From assembly GCF_006345805.1 (NCBI RefSeq), contig NC_043005.1, forward strand, positions 51,336,001-51,400,000: DNA of 64,000 bases, in the 5' to 3' direction. The position numbers and the translations under genes are program-made. Below, in pieces: positions 50,760 through 63,821 of the stretch (its first letter is position 1; every line of letters starts with the position of its first letter). A model generated the notes under the pieces. It worked only from the letters and a program-made list of their open reading frames with translations. It was not told the origin of the DNA and did no database searches. The stretch comes from Octopus sinensis (lineage: Eukaryota).

Positions 50760-51779
50760 TTTATACGTTATCTGTATATACTTCAGACAAACGGATTCAA
50801 TTTTGTCAGAAGTGACATGAGAATGTGACATTGACAATTCGCAACAACGACGAAATGCGTATCTGTCGTTCTCGTGATCAATTCTGGGAGGATTTTGTTT
50901 CGCCTAATTCCGAAGTAGATGATTTTTTTCATTTAAGGAGCTTTCCTGGACATAAAACCGCAGCTTCTGGTGTTTGGACAACACATACGTTAAGCATGCT
51001 GTATTGATAATGTTTTTACGTTCAAGCTTATTTTAAATATTTGCATTCGCCCTTCTCTTCATTAAGTGGTAAACGGTAAAATCAATAGGGTACGAGACTA
51101 AATATTTCGAAGTATATTTTTACGTCCTTTTACGTTCTGTTTTCACATCACGCCAGTGGTGACTTTTATTCCCTCCAAGGAGGATAAATAAATACCAGTA
51201 ATATACTAGTGACAATTTAATTGCTCATACCTATTCCCTATACATTTGTGCCAGTGTACTAATCTAAGAAATCAATTATACCATCAAAAATATCTATTCG
51301 GTTGGTGAACGGAAGTGAAGCTAAAAGGAATAATGTCACAATTTTTACTAGGAAAAAGTCACAGGCAAAAAAGAGAAACACATTTCCTTTAAATACTATA
51401 AATAATAGTTAAAGTAATTAACCAATAATTTAAGTCGCTATTAACTAACGACATACATAACTGGTACACAATGACAACTCAGTTTATATAATAATGAATG
51501 TGTGAAAGAAATTTCTTTTTATTTAGTCTTTTGGCTGTTCTGCGTACATCACTACTGGATTAAGTACGAAATGAATTTTGCAGTAAGGTGAAAAACTTTC
51601 ATCAACTAAGATTATCCCTGCTCCTTGGGCTTACTGTTTATCTGAATGTATTTAAAGGCATTATCAGCTGTGATCAAGAAGACTTGTGATGAAAAGTCTT
51701 TCCAAATATGATTATATAAACATATATTTTGTTGTTGTTGCTGTTTGTTTGTTGAGCGAAGCGGTCTTCGTCCCAGAGC

Positions 51780-52120
51780 TCGCAAGATCGCGCCTCTGTA
51801 GTGGGAGAAGTCCGAAACATGGTCCTTTGCCATTCGTAAGACCCGCAGAAGAGAAAGCAGGTTAACCCCCGACACCGAGAGCATCGACGGATGGATGAAT
51901 GCGCATCCATGTTCAGCGGTTGCGTAGGGAGTCGGGGACAAGATACAGGAAGAAAGAGTGAGAGAAAGTTGGAACGAAGGAGTACAACAGGGGTCGCCAC
52001 CACCCCTACCGGAGCCTCGTGGAGCTTTAGGTGTTTTCGCTCAATAAATACACACAACGCCCGGTCTGGGAATCGAAACCGCGATACCGCTGCCCTAACC
52101 ACTGGGCCATTGCGCCTCCA
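51780..52120 (-). mobile_element. S3 tRNA-derived SINE
   Basis: Reverse complement of GGAGGCGCAATGGCCCAGTGGTTAGGGCAGCGG...AAACACCTAAAGCTCCACGAGG. Confidence 0.8.
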
Positions 52121-52334
52121 CTGTTGCTGTTCACAGTGTGACATTTATACAGAACTAAGTCACCCGTTTCAAGCCATCAGCCTTAAGCTGTTGTTCTCTC
52201 ATACCATGGATGAATAGTATTGACATCCTGCAAAGAAATTTAATGTCACCCAGTCTCTTTATTGTGAGTGGTAAGCTTTTGGCGTTTACTACTATATTTT
52301 TGGAAGCTGTGATAGGTCAGTGGCATGTATGTAA

Positions 52335-52567
52335 AAGGCGGCGAACTGGCAGAAACGTTAGCACGCCGGGCGAAATGCGTAGCCGTATTTCGTCTGCCGT
52401 TACGTTCTGAGTTCAAATTCGCCGAGGTTGACTTTACCTTTCATCCTTTCGGGGTCGATAAATTAAGTACCAGCTGCGAACTGAGGTCGATGTAATCGAC
52501 TTAATCCGTTTGTTTGTCCTTGTTTGTCCCCTCTGTTTTTAGCCCCTTGTGGGTAGTAAAGAAATAT
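52335..52567 (+). mobile_element. S2 SINE monomer
   Basis: Head, core, tail. Confidence 0.88.
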
Positions 52568-52592
52568 GTATGTATGTATGTATGTAGGTAGG

Positions 52593-52635
<43 letters not shown>

Positions 52636-52710
52636 CTGGATCATTGTGTTTGTGTTCGTCTCCCACCACTACCTGACAACTGGTGTTGGTTAATTTACGT
52701 CCCCGTAACT

Positions 52711-52904
52711 AAGATGATAGCAGTAGTTCACTGTCTGAATTAGTTGATCCTTGCCGTTAACAGTTTGTAGTCTATTTATATACTCAGTATCTAATGATAT
52801 TCGCAATTGACTCAACAAGTTCTTCTGTTGCGTCCCATGATTTCAACGTACCCTGAATCGGGTGGTTACATGCTATTTAATCCCATAACTTATACAGCGA
52901 AGAC
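52711..52904 (-). pseudogene. Exon-like segment B
   Basis: ATAGTTCTCAG|G acceptor; NHPIQGTLKSWDATEEL and, after a frameshift, DTEYINRLQTVNGKDQ; truncated by a SINE remnant. Confidence 0.45.
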
Positions 52905-53279
52905 CTGAGAACTATGGTGACCAGAAGAGCCAGTTCCGCATACCTCAAAGCCCTGGAACTCCCGAACCAGGGATCCATTATGCAATTTTAAGTACTAAAT
53001 CGCATTGTACTCTATCATCTTAATGTCACACTGGATAACGTAATTCAAAGTACAATATGTCAGAATAGTAAGATAGAACGATCAAGGCTGGATGAAATTC
53101 CTGAAATCATAGGTCTGCTTTATAAAACCTCACTTTATAAAATCTCGGATAAAAAGAACAGTTATATGCAAACCATATTTTCAATGAAACTCCACAACTG
53201 AATCCGCAGCTGGACATTCGCTAATTGGAGTCGGTCCAACTCACCAACCTAGGATGTGCAAGACACAGATGCAGTTGCA

Positions 53280-53700
53280 AATCTTTTGTATCTTTTATTT
53301 GTGACAGTCACTGGTCTGTGGCCATGCTTGGGCACTACCTTGAAGGTTTTAGTCAAACAAATCGCACCCAGTACTTATTTTTTAAGCCCGATATTTATTC
53401 TGTTGGTCTCTCGTGCCGAAACGATAAATTACGGGGATGTAAACAAACCAACATCGAATGTCAAACGATGGTGAGAGAGACAAACACAAGCACAAAGACG
53501 CTCGCTCATAGATTTACACAGAGACTCACACACACAAAAATATAACGATGTGTATATACACACACATACACACGCCGTCTACAAATCCATCCACAAGACA
53601 TTGGTCAACCCGGAACAATAGCAGAAGACAATTGCCTAAGGTGCCACGCAGTAAGACTGAATCCAGAACCATGTGGTTGGAAAACAAACTTCCTGCAAAC
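53280..53700 (-). mobile_element. Degenerate S1 SINE
   Basis: Tail, body and core on the reverse strand. Confidence 0.7.
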
Positions 53701-53813
53701 GAAATAATATCCTTAGTAATTACATCTATGTATTTCCGATATGTGTGCAAGAAAGTCCCGGGGTTAATGCAGAATCGCACCTCACCTTGAAAAATGTTTT
53801 TCGGATTCTTACG

Positions 53814-53853
<40 letters not shown>

Positions 53854-53869
53854 ATATCGCCATAATAGA

Positions 53870-54047
53870 TCGGTAGCCACTACACGCATTTTTTTTCTCT
53901 CCTTGTTTTTTTCTGTGTCCCTTTCTGTAGAAGAGCGTAGGCTCGAAACGTAAAAGACTTTTCAATTTCCTGAGCGTTATACTAATACATCTGCTTGTTT
54001 TATACACCACCTGTCTTCGTCTTTTGTTTTTCTTGTGAACTCTCCAT
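53870..54047 (+). mobile_element. Penelope-like non-autonomous repeat with hammerhead-like motif, within (TA)n
   Basis: CTTT-CTGTAGA-A-GAGC-GTAG-GCTC-GAAA-CGTA-AAAG; homolog of 25783-25976. Confidence 0.6.
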
Positions 54048-54549
54048 ATATATATATATATATACACACATACATTTCGTTATACACATATCTATATGCT
54101 TATTGAATTTAAAATTTTGAAAACGTGATTTCTTGCATATTCGGAATCTCCGTGTTCGAAAACATAGGAATCCACTGAAAAAAAAATCGGAAAGGTATGT
54201 TTTCTTTGGAGGGAGGGTTTACTGTGCGCATGGTCTGCCGGAGAGACGGGGTGAAATTTGAAAAATTTTTGATTTGGGGGAAGGGGATGTTGAGGGAGGG
54301 GTTAAATTTGGAAAAGTTGGTTTTAAAAAAAAATTTCGAAAAAAGTTCAAAATTTTAAACTGTGGGGAGGAGGAAATTTGAAAGGGTGCTTTTTTTTTCA
54401 TATTCATAATCTCCGACTACTAAATCGGAGAAACCGATTTTTTTTAAATGCGTTTTTCAAGGAGAGGTGCGACTCTGCATTAACCCCAAAATTCCAAATA
54501 ATAATCGCTTCTAACATAGACGCGAAACCATACATTTTATAGAGAAACG

Positions 54550-56070
54550 GTCGATTATATCGACCCTAGTACGTAACGTTTTCTTAATTTTATCAACCTA
54601 AGAAGAAGGAAAGAGAAAGTTGACTGCGATGGCAAAGAGCGGAATAAATAGCGCAAGTTATTTTTTCCGATGCTCAGACGATTCTACAAATTCGCCACCC
54701 TTCAAATCCTGTGTAATTATTGTTCGCAATTTAAGCATAAGATTAAGGCAGGGGCTGGCAAAATCGTTAACCACGCCGGACAAAATTCTTAGCGACGTTT
54801 CATCCGTCTTTACGTTCTGCGTTCAATCGTCACCGAGGTTGATTTTTGCCTTCTATCCCTTTCGGGGTCGATAAAATAAGTACCAGTTGAACACTGGGAT
54901 CAGTGTAATTGACTAGCCCACTCGCGCAAAATTTCAGGCCTTGTGCCTACAGTAGAAAGAATTTAAGAATGAGGCCAGAAATTTGGAGGAGCGGAAGTTT
55001 TTTTCGGTTAAATTGACCCCTGTACTTGACTAATACCTTTATAGATCTCAGAATATTGAAAGGCAAGGTTGACTTCGATGGAATTTAAACTCATAATGTT
55101 TCAAAATATTTCAAACTTTAATGATTCGGCCAACCCACCGACCTTAAAACTTCGCGTAATTATTTTCAATTTAGACATAAGGCGATTTTGCCTTTTATTC
55201 TTTCAGAATCGATAGAATAAGTACCAGTTAAACACTGGGAACTATGTAAAGGACTAGCCCCACCTCAATAAAATTTCAGACGTTGTGCCTATAGTTTAAA
55301 TAATTTGGGCTATAGGCATAATTTGGACTATCGCTTTATGCCAGCAGTTTTAATGGGAAGACATTAGTCGATTAAAGCGGCCCTAGTACTTGACTGCTCA
55401 CTTTATTTTACCAATCTCGGAAGGATGAAAGGCAAAGCTGGTTTTGGTGGGATTTGAACTCACAGAATAAAGGTTCAGAAAAAATACTGCAAGTCATGTT
55501 CTCCGAATCTCTAACGATTGTACCAATCCGCTACCCCGCTTAAAATTCTTCGTAATTTTGGTTTCAACTATAGGCTGAAGGCCTGAACTTTCGAGGGAGA
55601 CGGTTTAGTCGAGACCAGTATTCAACAGGTACCTATTTTATCGGCTCCGAAAGGATGAAAGGCAATAACTTCGGCGGAATTTGAACTCAGAACGTAAAGA
55701 CGGACGAAATGCCGCTAAGCATTTTTTGTCCGGCGTACAAACGATTCTGCCAGCTTGCTGCCTTACAAAAAGAATTTGATGTATTACTGAACACTAAATA
55801 TAAATGTTAATGACAGAATCGCTAGAAAGTACCACCAAAATATATTGATTTCAAATTTTGGTTCAAGGTCAACAATTTCGGAGAAGGAACAAGTCAATTA
55901 CATCGACATAGTGCATGACTGGTACTTACTTAATCGACCCCGAAGGAATGAAAGGCAAAGTCTACTCGGCGGAATTTGAACTCAGAACGTAAAAAGACAG
56001 GCGAAATACCGCTAACCGTTTTTGGGGGGTTTTTTTTCTGGCGTACAAACAATCCTGCCAGCTTGCCACC
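54550..56070. mobile_element. Cluster of old degenerate S2-type SINEs in both orientations
   Basis: Repeated worn cores (AAGGATGAAAGGCAA...GGCGGAATTTGAACTCAG). Confidence 0.7.
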
Positions 56071-56150
56071 TTACGAGAGGATTCAACGTTTTGCGAAACA
56101 CTAAACATTACTATTAATGATAAAATCGCAATCAAATACTACGAAAATAT

Positions 56151-56735
56151 ATTCTTTTCTACTCTTGGCACAAGACCCGAAATTTTGGGGGAGAGGGCCA
56201 GTCGATTAGATCGACCCCAGTACGCAACTGGTATTTAATTTATCAACCCCGAAAGGATGAAAGGCAAAGTTCGCCTCGGCGGAATTTGAACTCAGAACGT
56301 AAAGACAGACGAAATACCTATTTCTTTACTACCCACAAGGGGCTAAACACAGAGAGGACAAACAAGGACAGACAAACGGATTAAGTCGATTATATGGACC
56401 CCCAGTGCGTAACAGGTACGTATTTAATCGACCCCGAAAGGATGAAAGGCAAAGTCGACCTCGGAGGAATTTGAACTCAGAACGTAATGACAGACGAAAT
56501 ACCTATTTCTTTACTACCCCTAAGGGGCTAAACACAGAGAGGTTAAACAAGGACAGACAAACGGATTAAGTCGATTATATCGACCCCAGTGCGTAACTGG
56601 TCCTTAATTTATCGACCCCGAAAGGATGAAAAGCAAAGTCGACCTCGGCGGAATTTGAACTCAGAACGTAGCGGCAGAGGAAATACCGCAAAGCATTTAG
56701 CCCGGCGTGCTAACGTTTCTGCCAGCTCGCCGCCT
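56151..56735 (-). mobile_element. S2 SINE trimer with mixed tails
   Basis: 14-bp TSD with 1 mismatch, 56137-56150 / 56736-56749; 3'-most unit has the alternative tail. Confidence 0.88.
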
Positions 56736-57175
56736 TACCACGAAAATATTTTGACAAAATAAATTTTTTTTTTTAAACTGATTTAAAAAAAAGTAATTTA
56801 AAGATGATTTCATACTTGCGTGACGGTTTGAAACTGTAAGTGGCCATCTCATAATCCCTTAATGCAATTCTTCCTTACTAGATAACTGTCGCAATATCAA
56901 GGAACCATCAGATTTATCCGTAATGTGAGACTACACCTTGTTCACTGAAAAAACAACTCTGCCGCTTTAACTAGACTTCTCTTTTTCTTTTTTCTTTTTT
57001 CCTTTCCTTATTTTTTTCTCTTTTTCTTTGTTCAAATAATGTATGCTGTTACGGTTTTCTCCAAATCAATTCGATTATGCGGAAGCGATAAAGCAGAAGG
57101 TGGATTATCCAGATCAAAGCAGGCTATTTTAAACCAATAAATCTTTCTTCAGTCAGTTCATAAATTATTTTCTTT

Positions 57176-57213
<38 letters not shown>

Positions 57214-57225
57214 GTTATTATTATT

Positions 57226-57265
<40 letters not shown>

Positions 57266-58075
57266 TCATTGATTTCGCCTGGATTTTTTCTTTTTTTTAT
57301 TACAGATAGATCATTCTTTTGTTATTTTGTATGCTGTGTGTGATCCATATAGAGCTTTATAGTCTGAGAAAGTAGTAATGTTCTACTATATCCTCGGTGC
57401 TGAGTCTTTTTAGGTATGCGACAATTAAATACTCAACTCAGTCTGGAGTTAATTTTTTTTTTCTTTAGTAACCAGTGGAGCGGAAACTAAGTTTTACATT
57501 TTTATATTTATGACAATCTAATATTTGTAAGTACAGGGCTTAACACAAATATACTGGGGTTTTTTTCTGGTTTTATATGTGTGTGTACATCTATCTACTT
57601 TCTCTCTCCCTCTCTGTCTCTGCCTCTCTTTCCCATTCTCTATCTCTCTTTCTTTCTCTCTCTCCTTCTATCTCTCCACAGTATGTATGTATGTATGTAT
57701 GTATGTATGTATGTATGTATGTATGTATGTATGTATGAAAATATAAATAGAAAGATAGATGTTATGTATTATAAAACTTAGAAATTTATGAGTGTGTGTA
57801 TATATTCAATATTCATATATATATATATGTGTGTGGGTGTAGGTGTGGGTGTGGATAAAAGTGTGTATATATATATATATATATAATAATACTGATCAGT
57901 CCGAGATGTATTGTTAATGGTAAATGTTTTTGATTTTCACTCTCAATAAATTTATCCCTTTTTTTGTGCCCCTAGCACTTGGCATCCTTATTTAGGACCC
58001 CTTAATTATATTTCTATATGAATAATATTTTGTCTAATGACTAATTCGTCTTTTGTGCTGGGCCACTGGTAGTAA

Positions 58076-58175
58076 NNNNNNNNNNNNNNNNNNNNNNNNN
58101 NNNNNNNNNNNNNNNNNNNNNNNNNNNNNNNNNNNNNNNNNNNNNNNNNNNNNNNNNNNNNNNNNNNNNNNNNNN
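58076..58175. other. Assembly gap (100 N)
   Basis: Run of exactly 100 N. Confidence 1.
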
Positions 58176-58229
58176 GACAGAGACGGAAATTGAAAGAAGC
58201 CCGTCCTACACACACACAACACACAACAC

Positions 58230-58273
<44 letters not shown>

Positions 58274-58299
58274 TATATATTATATATATATATATATAG

Positions 58300-58630
58300 G
58301 AGGAGGACCCTGTCAGTAATGAATGACCATGGAATTGCCACCTAGAAAGTTACCCTCTGAGGCACAAGTCGGGCAAGAGTGTTTCTGAAGGCTAGCAGTC
58401 GCCCATGCATACCAGCCTCCCCTCTTCACACCACTGATGTTATCCAAGGAAAGGCAAAGGGCGATACAGCTGGCACCTGTGATGTCGCAACTCATTCTAC
58501 AGCTAAGTTAACTGGAGCAACGTGAAATAAAGTGTCTTGCTCAAGAACACAACACACAGCCCGGTCCGGGAATCAAACTCACACCTCACGATCATAAGCT
58601 CTACGCTTAACCACTGAGCCATGCGCCTTC
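58300..58630 (-). mobile_element. tRNA-derived SINE
   Basis: Head GAAGGCGCATGGCTCAGTGGTTAAGCG...GAGTTTGATTCCCGG and body TTCACGTTGCTCCAG shared with the 37.5 kb copy. Confidence 0.75.
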
Positions 58631-58666
58631 TCACACACAATATATATATATATATATATATACATA

Positions 58667-58717
<51 letters not shown>

Positions 58718-58724
<7 letters not shown>

Positions 58725-59036
58725 TTATCGCCATACTAATATGGCATTCTTATAAAAATAAGAATAAAAGCTGTCCGCTTATTAGCTCCATGAGGCCATC
58801 GCCTTAAGTTAGCTATTTGATACACAAACTGTATCCATATAACCTTTGAACAAGGGAGGTCAGTCGCTCCACACTACTTGGCCGGCCAGCTACAGACCTC
58901 CCTTGTTCAAAGGTTATATGGATACAGTTTGTGTATCAAATAGCTAACTTAAGGCGATGGCTCATGGAGCTAATAAGCGGACAGCTTTATTCTTATTTTA
59001 TAAGAATGCCATATTAGTATGGCGATAACTAATATT
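58718..59036. repeat. Long inverted repeat (144/142-bp arms, 33-bp spacer)
   Basis: 58718-58861 is the reverse complement of 58895-59036 except for two 1-nt indels. Confidence 0.97.
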
Positions 59037-59132
59037 TTCCGGGAACGCTGCCGTTGTTCTCTTTTAGAGAGACTTAGTAATTTTAATATTTTATTATATT
59101 ATATTATATATATTATATATAATATATATATA

Positions 59133-60175
59133 ACTTAGATATGCTTTGACCAAAGATTGATCCAGGGCATGTCTGACTTAATAGCACCACCTGATAGGAT
59201 TATCTAAATCCTTTTTAAGTCAAGTTTTGTGATATTATGGTCCATTCAAGTAGTGAGTTCTTGTTGAGTGAATTGTATCCAGGTATGGGTGGCTTATCTG
59301 GTATTCCTTGAAGAAATTTGTCTATACTCCGTTTAAAGGTGATGGGGTCATTTTCCTCTTTGATCAGTTTTGGGACACGGTTTAACAGAGCAGGGCCTGT
59401 TGAGGAAAAGAAATTATGTCGCAGTGTACCTATATGTTGTGATCCTGAATTGGGTAGGGGACGTATGGCTTGTGGTCCCAGCCCTGGATGAACCTTGAAG
59501 CTAATGTCCAGGTCGTTTGGGCAATGCTGGTGGTATATTCTTCACATCGTGCAAATGATGTACCGCTCGCGGCGACGCTGGAAAGAGTAGAGTTTCAAGC
59601 CTTTAAGGTGGTCCCAGTAATCGAGATCAGCCATGCCCTTAATCTTTTAATTAAATGCCCTCTGGGGTGATTCAATTTTCGAGATGCTTTGTATGGGGAG
59701 ACCACAAGGGGCAGCAGTATTCGAGATGTGGTCGTACAAAGGAGGAGAAAAGTGGAATGATGACACCTTGTTCTCTCGGCCGGAAGGTTCTTAAGCTCTA
59801 GGAGCTCATCCTACGAGCTATATTGACCTTATTGTTGATGTGGGCACTCTAACTGAGATTGTTATCAGCTATTACACCTAGGTCTTTGATATTATTAGAT
59901 GCTATGAGCGGTTCCTCTGAAAGAAGAGGGTATGACTGTTTTAGTATAGTCTTTCTTCCAAAATGCATCAGCTCAAATTTTCCCTCGTTTAGTTGCATTT
60001 TGTTTTTGTCTGCCCATTGACTCAGCGCATATAGATCAGACTGGAGTTGAGTTCGGTCTTCTTCTTCGTTGGTGATTTGCTGGAGCTTAGTGTCATCAGC
60101 AAATCTTTTCACTTTGCAGGGATTTACGACGCTGGAAAGGTCGTTTATGTAGATTATATACTTGAGGGGACTAAT
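59133..60175 (-). mobile_element. Second CR1-group LINE family, 3' part (RT C-terminal half, pseudogene)
   Basis: IIYINDL..FADDTKL..LQSDL..W..MQLNEGKF, IKDLGVI, VRPHLEYCCPLWSP, LYSLQRRRERY, DKFLQGIPDKP; 3' UTR ends at (TA)n. Confidence 0.88.
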
Positions 60176-60554
60176 AATTTTCTTTCGTAACTTAGTAAAA
60201 TCTGGTAGCATTGGTAGTTACGGTAAAGCCGTTGGCCCTGTAAGTACAAGTGTTGTAGCTATAGAAATTATCTTCCAGAATTCTAAAATGTATAGGCCAA
60301 TGAGATGGCATATATGACTGCAGCCATGCTGGAGCACCGCCTTGAAGTGTTTTAGTCAAACAAATCTATACCAGGGTTATGATTTTTACAGCCTGTAGTT
60401 ATTCTATCGGCGATACTGGGGACAAACGTAAAACACCAACACCACATATCAAGCGGCGATGGTACAAACATAAACACGAAGAATATACATATATACTATT
60501 ATATATACACATATAATACATATATATATAATATATAATATATATATACTACTG

Positions 60555-61995
60555 GAAGCACCTTGTTTGGCATCACTATCTGACCTGATTCCACCCAGCC
60601 CTACTCTTGCAAGTCAAGTTTCACTACCGCTACAGCAACAACAACAACAGTCTGCTACTGCTACTGCAATAGGACTACTGACCAATGAACCTGCCAATAC
60701 AGAGAAACCTCTACTATACCCACATCAAAAACCCTGTCGTTACCATTTGACCCCAGCAACAACAACAAGGAATGCTGTGCTTTTTTCCATCCTACCTTAT
60801 GCCGTAGACTTGTTAAGGGCACCTGTCCAATGGTATAATGGGGAAAAAACTGCCCTCACCTCCACCCCAAATACTGTCTTAAATACGGAGTCCATGGCCA
60901 TGATCCTAAATATGGATGCACAAAAGGCAATGGATGCAACTTCTTCCATCCTAAACTGTGCCAAACTTCTGTGTCACTAAGGATGTGCTTGAACCCAGAA
61001 TGCAACCACCACTATCTGAAGGGCACAAAACGATCGAAAAATAAATATAAACAGCAACAGAGGAGACTTACGACAACAACAAAAACAAAATACAACTATA
61101 TTTTACCTCCTGCAACCAAACAACGAAGACAGAACTATGGAAAAACCATAACACCAAATAACATAAATATGAACTATGTATCATCTGACCAAGAGGCAAA
61201 CCAAAGAAGCAACTCTTTTTTACTAACTTATCTAGAAAATATGAAGGTCGACCTAAGCCAGGAGATCCATTGAGCTATCAGCAACCATTTATGCAAAACA
61301 CAAGGAACACACACCCACCACCAACTAGAAAACCATACACTCACAGCTCCATACAAAAACTACCCTCGTTGCTACCTCTGAATAACATAAAACGTAACTT
61401 AGAACAATGCAAACATCAAATTACCCTTACCTTGACATTCCTGTTCAATGTACGTGGCATCGACCCATCACTGATTGCCCCAAAATGGAAGATCCCAAAT
61501 AGAGAGAGTTGGCTTGCCGAAACGGCACATTGCTTCCCTTTCTTTATTCTTTCTGAAACTCACCTAAACAGCACTCATATGGATGCTGAGGTGAAAATAT
61601 ATTTCTTTACTACCCACAAGGGGCCAAACACAGAGGGGACAAACAAGAGCAGACAAACGGATTAAGTCGATTATATCGATCCAGGGCGAAACTGGTACTT
61701 TATTTAGACCCCGAAAGGATGAGGCAAAGTCGACCCGGCGGAATGTGAACTCAGAACGTAACGACAGACGAGAACGGCTAAGCTTTTCGCCCGGCGTGCT
61801 AACGTGTACTTTATTTATCGACCCCGAAAGGATGAAAGGCAAAGTCGACCTCGGCGGAATTTGAACTCAGAACGTAACGACAGACGAGATACGGCTAAGC
61901 TTTTCGCCCGGCGTGCTAACGTGTCTGCCAGCTCGCCGGAGGTGAAAATAAAAGATTTCACCATCATCCGTGCAGATCGCACAGACCAGAATAAA
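60555..61995 (+). mobile_element. CR1-group LINE 5' part: multi-CCCH ORF1 and start of APE endonuclease (pseudogene), split by a SINE
   Basis: CRRLVKGTC..CPHLH, CLKYG..GCTKGNGCNFFH, CQTSVSLRMCLNPECNHH; then FNVRG, SETHL..DAEVKI|KDFTIIRADR..KGG. Confidence 0.82.
61600..61938 (-). mobile_element. S2 SINE (about 1.5 units) inserted in LINE endonuclease
   Basis: Perfect 12-bp TSD GAGGTGAAAATA, 61588-61599 / 61939-61950. Confidence 0.93.
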
Positions 61996-62063
61996 GGGGG
62001 ACGGCCATCTTTCTCCATGTTTATTTGTTTATTTGCATCATCATCATCTTCACGTTTACTCAC

Positions 62064-62198
62064 CTGGATTCCCTTTATAACCACTCTTTACTCCGCTGAC
62101 TTAGTCCTCACTAAAGATTTTCGGAGTGCTAGTTCAGATCATTTCGGTGACGCTAAGTGTTTTCTATATTCAGTGTCTTTGGATCTTATCTGCTAATT
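62064..62198 (-). pseudogene. Exon-like segment A
   Basis: CAG|GTGAGT donor; ends ...VKSGYKGNP; paralog of 35923-36050; stops in all minus frames. Confidence 0.5.
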
Positions 62199-62199
62199 C

Positions 62200-62625
62200 T
62201 GTGTGTATGTGTGTGTGTGTGGTGTGTGTGTGTGTGTGTGTGTCTATCTGTCTGTCTGTGTGAGTGTGTGTTTGTGTGTGTGAGTGTGTCTGTCTGTATG
62301 TAAGTGTGTGTGTGTGTGTGTGTGTGCGCTGTCTGTCTATCTGTCTGTGTGTCTGTCTGTATGTATGTATGCGTGTGTGTGAGTGTGTGTTTGTGTGTGT
62401 GTGAGTGTGTTTGTCTATCTGTCTGTGTCTGGTGTGTGTGTGTGTCTACTTGTGTGTCTGTGTCCGTGTGTATGTGTATAAGTGTGTGTGTGTGAGTCTG
62501 TCTGTCTATCTGTGTGTCTCTGTGTGTGTCTGTCTATCTGTTTGTGTATCTGTGTGTATATGTTTATTTGTGTGTGTGTGGTGTGTGTGTGTGGTGTGTG
62601 TGTGGTGCGTGTGTTGTCTTTACGT
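62200..62625. repeat. (TG)n/(TGTC)n compound microsatellite
   Basis: Direct reading. Confidence 0.95.
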
Positions 62626-62629
62626 CTGT

Positions 62630-63245
62630 GACTGTGCCCCACCACCTCTAGACAACCAGTGTCGGTGTGCTTACGTCCCCGTAACATTAGAGGTTTGGCA
62701 TAACAGATCGTTAAAATAAGTACGAGACTTTATAAAACAAAAAAGCGCTAGGATCGATTCATTCAACTAAAGATACCTCGAGGCAGTGCCCCAGCATGGC
62801 CACAGTCTAACGACTGAAACAAATAAAAGATAAAAGATAAAAGAAAATGTATATAGGCGCAGGAGTGGCTGAGTGATAAGTTTCTTTCCAACAACAGGGT
62901 TTCGGGTTTAGTCCTACTGCATGGACCCTTCTGCAAGTTGTCTTCTACTATAACCCCAGGTCAACTAAAACCTTGTGAATGGATTTAATAAACGGAAACT
63001 GTGTGGAAGCCTGTTGTGCTTGCGTATCTCACCCCCATCTCCACCCACCGTTTGACAATAGGTTTACTTATGTCATTTGATTAATGTCCCCGTAACATAG
63101 AGGTTTGGAAAAAGAAATCGATAGAATAAGTACCAGACTTTAGAAAGTAAATATTGGGGTCGTTTTGTTCGACTAAAACTTTTTTAAACAGTGTCCCAGG
63201 ATGGCCACAGTCTAATGACTGAAACAAGTAAAACAAAAGATATTC
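62630..63245 (+). mobile_element. Two degenerate S1 SINE copies in tandem
   Basis: Tails ...CAGCATGGCCACAGTCTAACGACTGAAAC and ...GGATGGCCACAGTCTAATGACTGAAAC; head at about 62855. Confidence 0.75.
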
Positions 63246-63788
63246 TTGAAAAAGAGGAAAAAAAAAAATTATAACAAGGGCGAGAACTCTTTAAAAAAAA
63301 CAAAATGAGTTATTCCCCCATATTGAGTGATGGCTCTGCTACGAAAAGACTATTGCATTTTATACCATGTATGAACAGTTACGCGCACACGCTCACACGG
63401 GTATACGCACGCACATACACACACACACACGGATATGAATATATATACCAGAAACAGCTGTAAGACTAACTTTCTCTCTATAAATGTCCTGAAAATTCCA
63501 CACAGACTTGGCTTTGTTGTCTCTTTATTGAACATATACATACTCATACAAAGACCCGCATTAGACTCCTCACTCGTATCATTATCGAACCGAGAGTTTG
63601 ACTGCAGTCCTTCCATGGCACTTACATAGCGTTACCTGCCACCTTGGGTCTTCTGAACACCAATACCTCTCATATATATATATATATAATATATATATAT
63701 ATATAATTAACATCTAATATAGGATAGAATTTTCGAAAAAATTCTATCAATGGCCAGCATATTAAAAAATACCTTTAAAGGTTAAATT

Positions 63789-63821
<33 letters not shown>

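Noticed and set aside
54080-54548. Possible additional Helitron-like element
   Set aside because: One end resembles the 48.5 kb 5' terminus but no hairpin plus CTAG end was found.
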